A DNA stretch of 32,357 nucleotides from Thraustochytrium aureum (taxonomy: Eukaryota), in the NCBI GenBank assembly GCA_012862495.1, contig BLSG01000077.1, positions 103,663 to 136,019 on the forward strand, in the 5' to 3' direction. The notes beneath the pieces are model-generated. The model was not told where the DNA came from. It saw only the letters and a list, made by a program, of their open reading frames with translations, and did not search any database. Numbering within the stretch: the stretch's first letter is position 1; each line of letters begins with the position of its first letter. The position numbers and the translations under genes were made by a program. This document shows, piece after piece, positions 31,657 to 32,357 of the stretch.

Positions 31657-32303
31657 GTACTAGGCAAGTTATGATGAATCGATCGAGGTACCTACCCTCT
31701 CTGGGAACCTGCCTTGCGTTCTCGCTGGCAGTGCCAGGCTGTCCTGGCACGTTCCACCCCAGCCACCCGGGACACCCGCAATTGCGCGACTCTGCGCAGT
31801 TCGCTGTCGAGCGGCAGTTGCTCCCCTTGCAAGGCAGATAGATGCAAGCGAACGTTGCCATTCCACGGCGCCTTGGCCGCGCCGTCGTTCCGAGGTCCAC
31901 GCGGTCAATACTGCTGAGCATCGCTCCACCAAATGGACGAAGTACTACCGAGACTGTGACTGTACTCGTAGTAGAGTACTTTGGCGCACTCGTCTCAGGC
32001 GAGCCGCCGCACGCAAGACACGAACAAGAGGACCGGGTTCTGGCCTGCAGCCGAGCGTCGCATCCGGCGCACCACCACCTGCCATGGGCGATGATCATCG
32101 ACCTGCACGAGGCCCAAACCAACAACAAGCACCGCCACGTCGCGCTCCATGTCCAAGGAAACACAGGTACTAGTACTCACAGTAGAGTACTCCTACCGCG
32201 ACTACCAATAACCATTCTGTATGTATCTGGATGAGGGAAACAGAGCGCCGGCAGACTCGCAACAGGACCAGCAGAGGCTGGAGCGGCGGGGCGCCAGCGC
32301 GGC

Positions 32304-32345
32304 AGCAGCAGCAGCAGCAGCGGCGGCGGCGGCGGCGGCGGCGGC
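32304..32345. repeat. (GCA)n(GCG)n trinucleotide repeat
   Basis: Read directly near the window end; probably the 5' region of the next gene. Confidence 0.85.
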
Positions 32346-32357
32346 CACTGCGCGAGG

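Noticed and set aside
1..32357. tRNA, rRNA, transposase, reverse transcriptase or viral genes
   Set aside because: No recognisable motifs or structures in the readable sequence; gap contents cannot be assessed.

Overview
This is eukaryotic nuclear DNA: GC-rich, gene-dense and intron-poor, with short GT..CTGAC..AG introns. The gene content (tectonic, a BART-domain protein, cohesin SCC3, PP6, stramenopile-style Cys-rich repeats) suggests a flagellated protist, possibly a thraustochytrid or labyrinthulomycete; that taxonomy is inference only. I can support about 12 protein-coding genes: a large SHPRH/RAD5-like SNF2-RING ATPase, a bZIP plus START-like protein, a triple cNMP-binding plus RGS protein, a Cys-rich repeat protein, SCC3/STAG, a BART-domain protein, a METTL6-like tRNA m3C methyltransferase, SPF30/SMNDC1, a spliced coiled-coil protein, the PP6 catalytic subunit, an HSL-family esterase, a tandem DUF2798-like membrane protein and tectonic. 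Nine N-gaps interrupt the window, and many single-base frameshifts, mostly apparent homopolymer undercalls, split real genes across ORF-track entries. The most interesting elements are two adjacent ligand-sensing regulators. One is an apparently membrane-anchored cyclic-nucleotide-binding RGS protein (a candidate cNMP-gated G-alpha GAP). The other is a bZIP factor fused to a START-like lipid-binding fold. The spacer between them is rich in TGAC half-sites. All domain calls come from motif recognition by eye; no database search was run.
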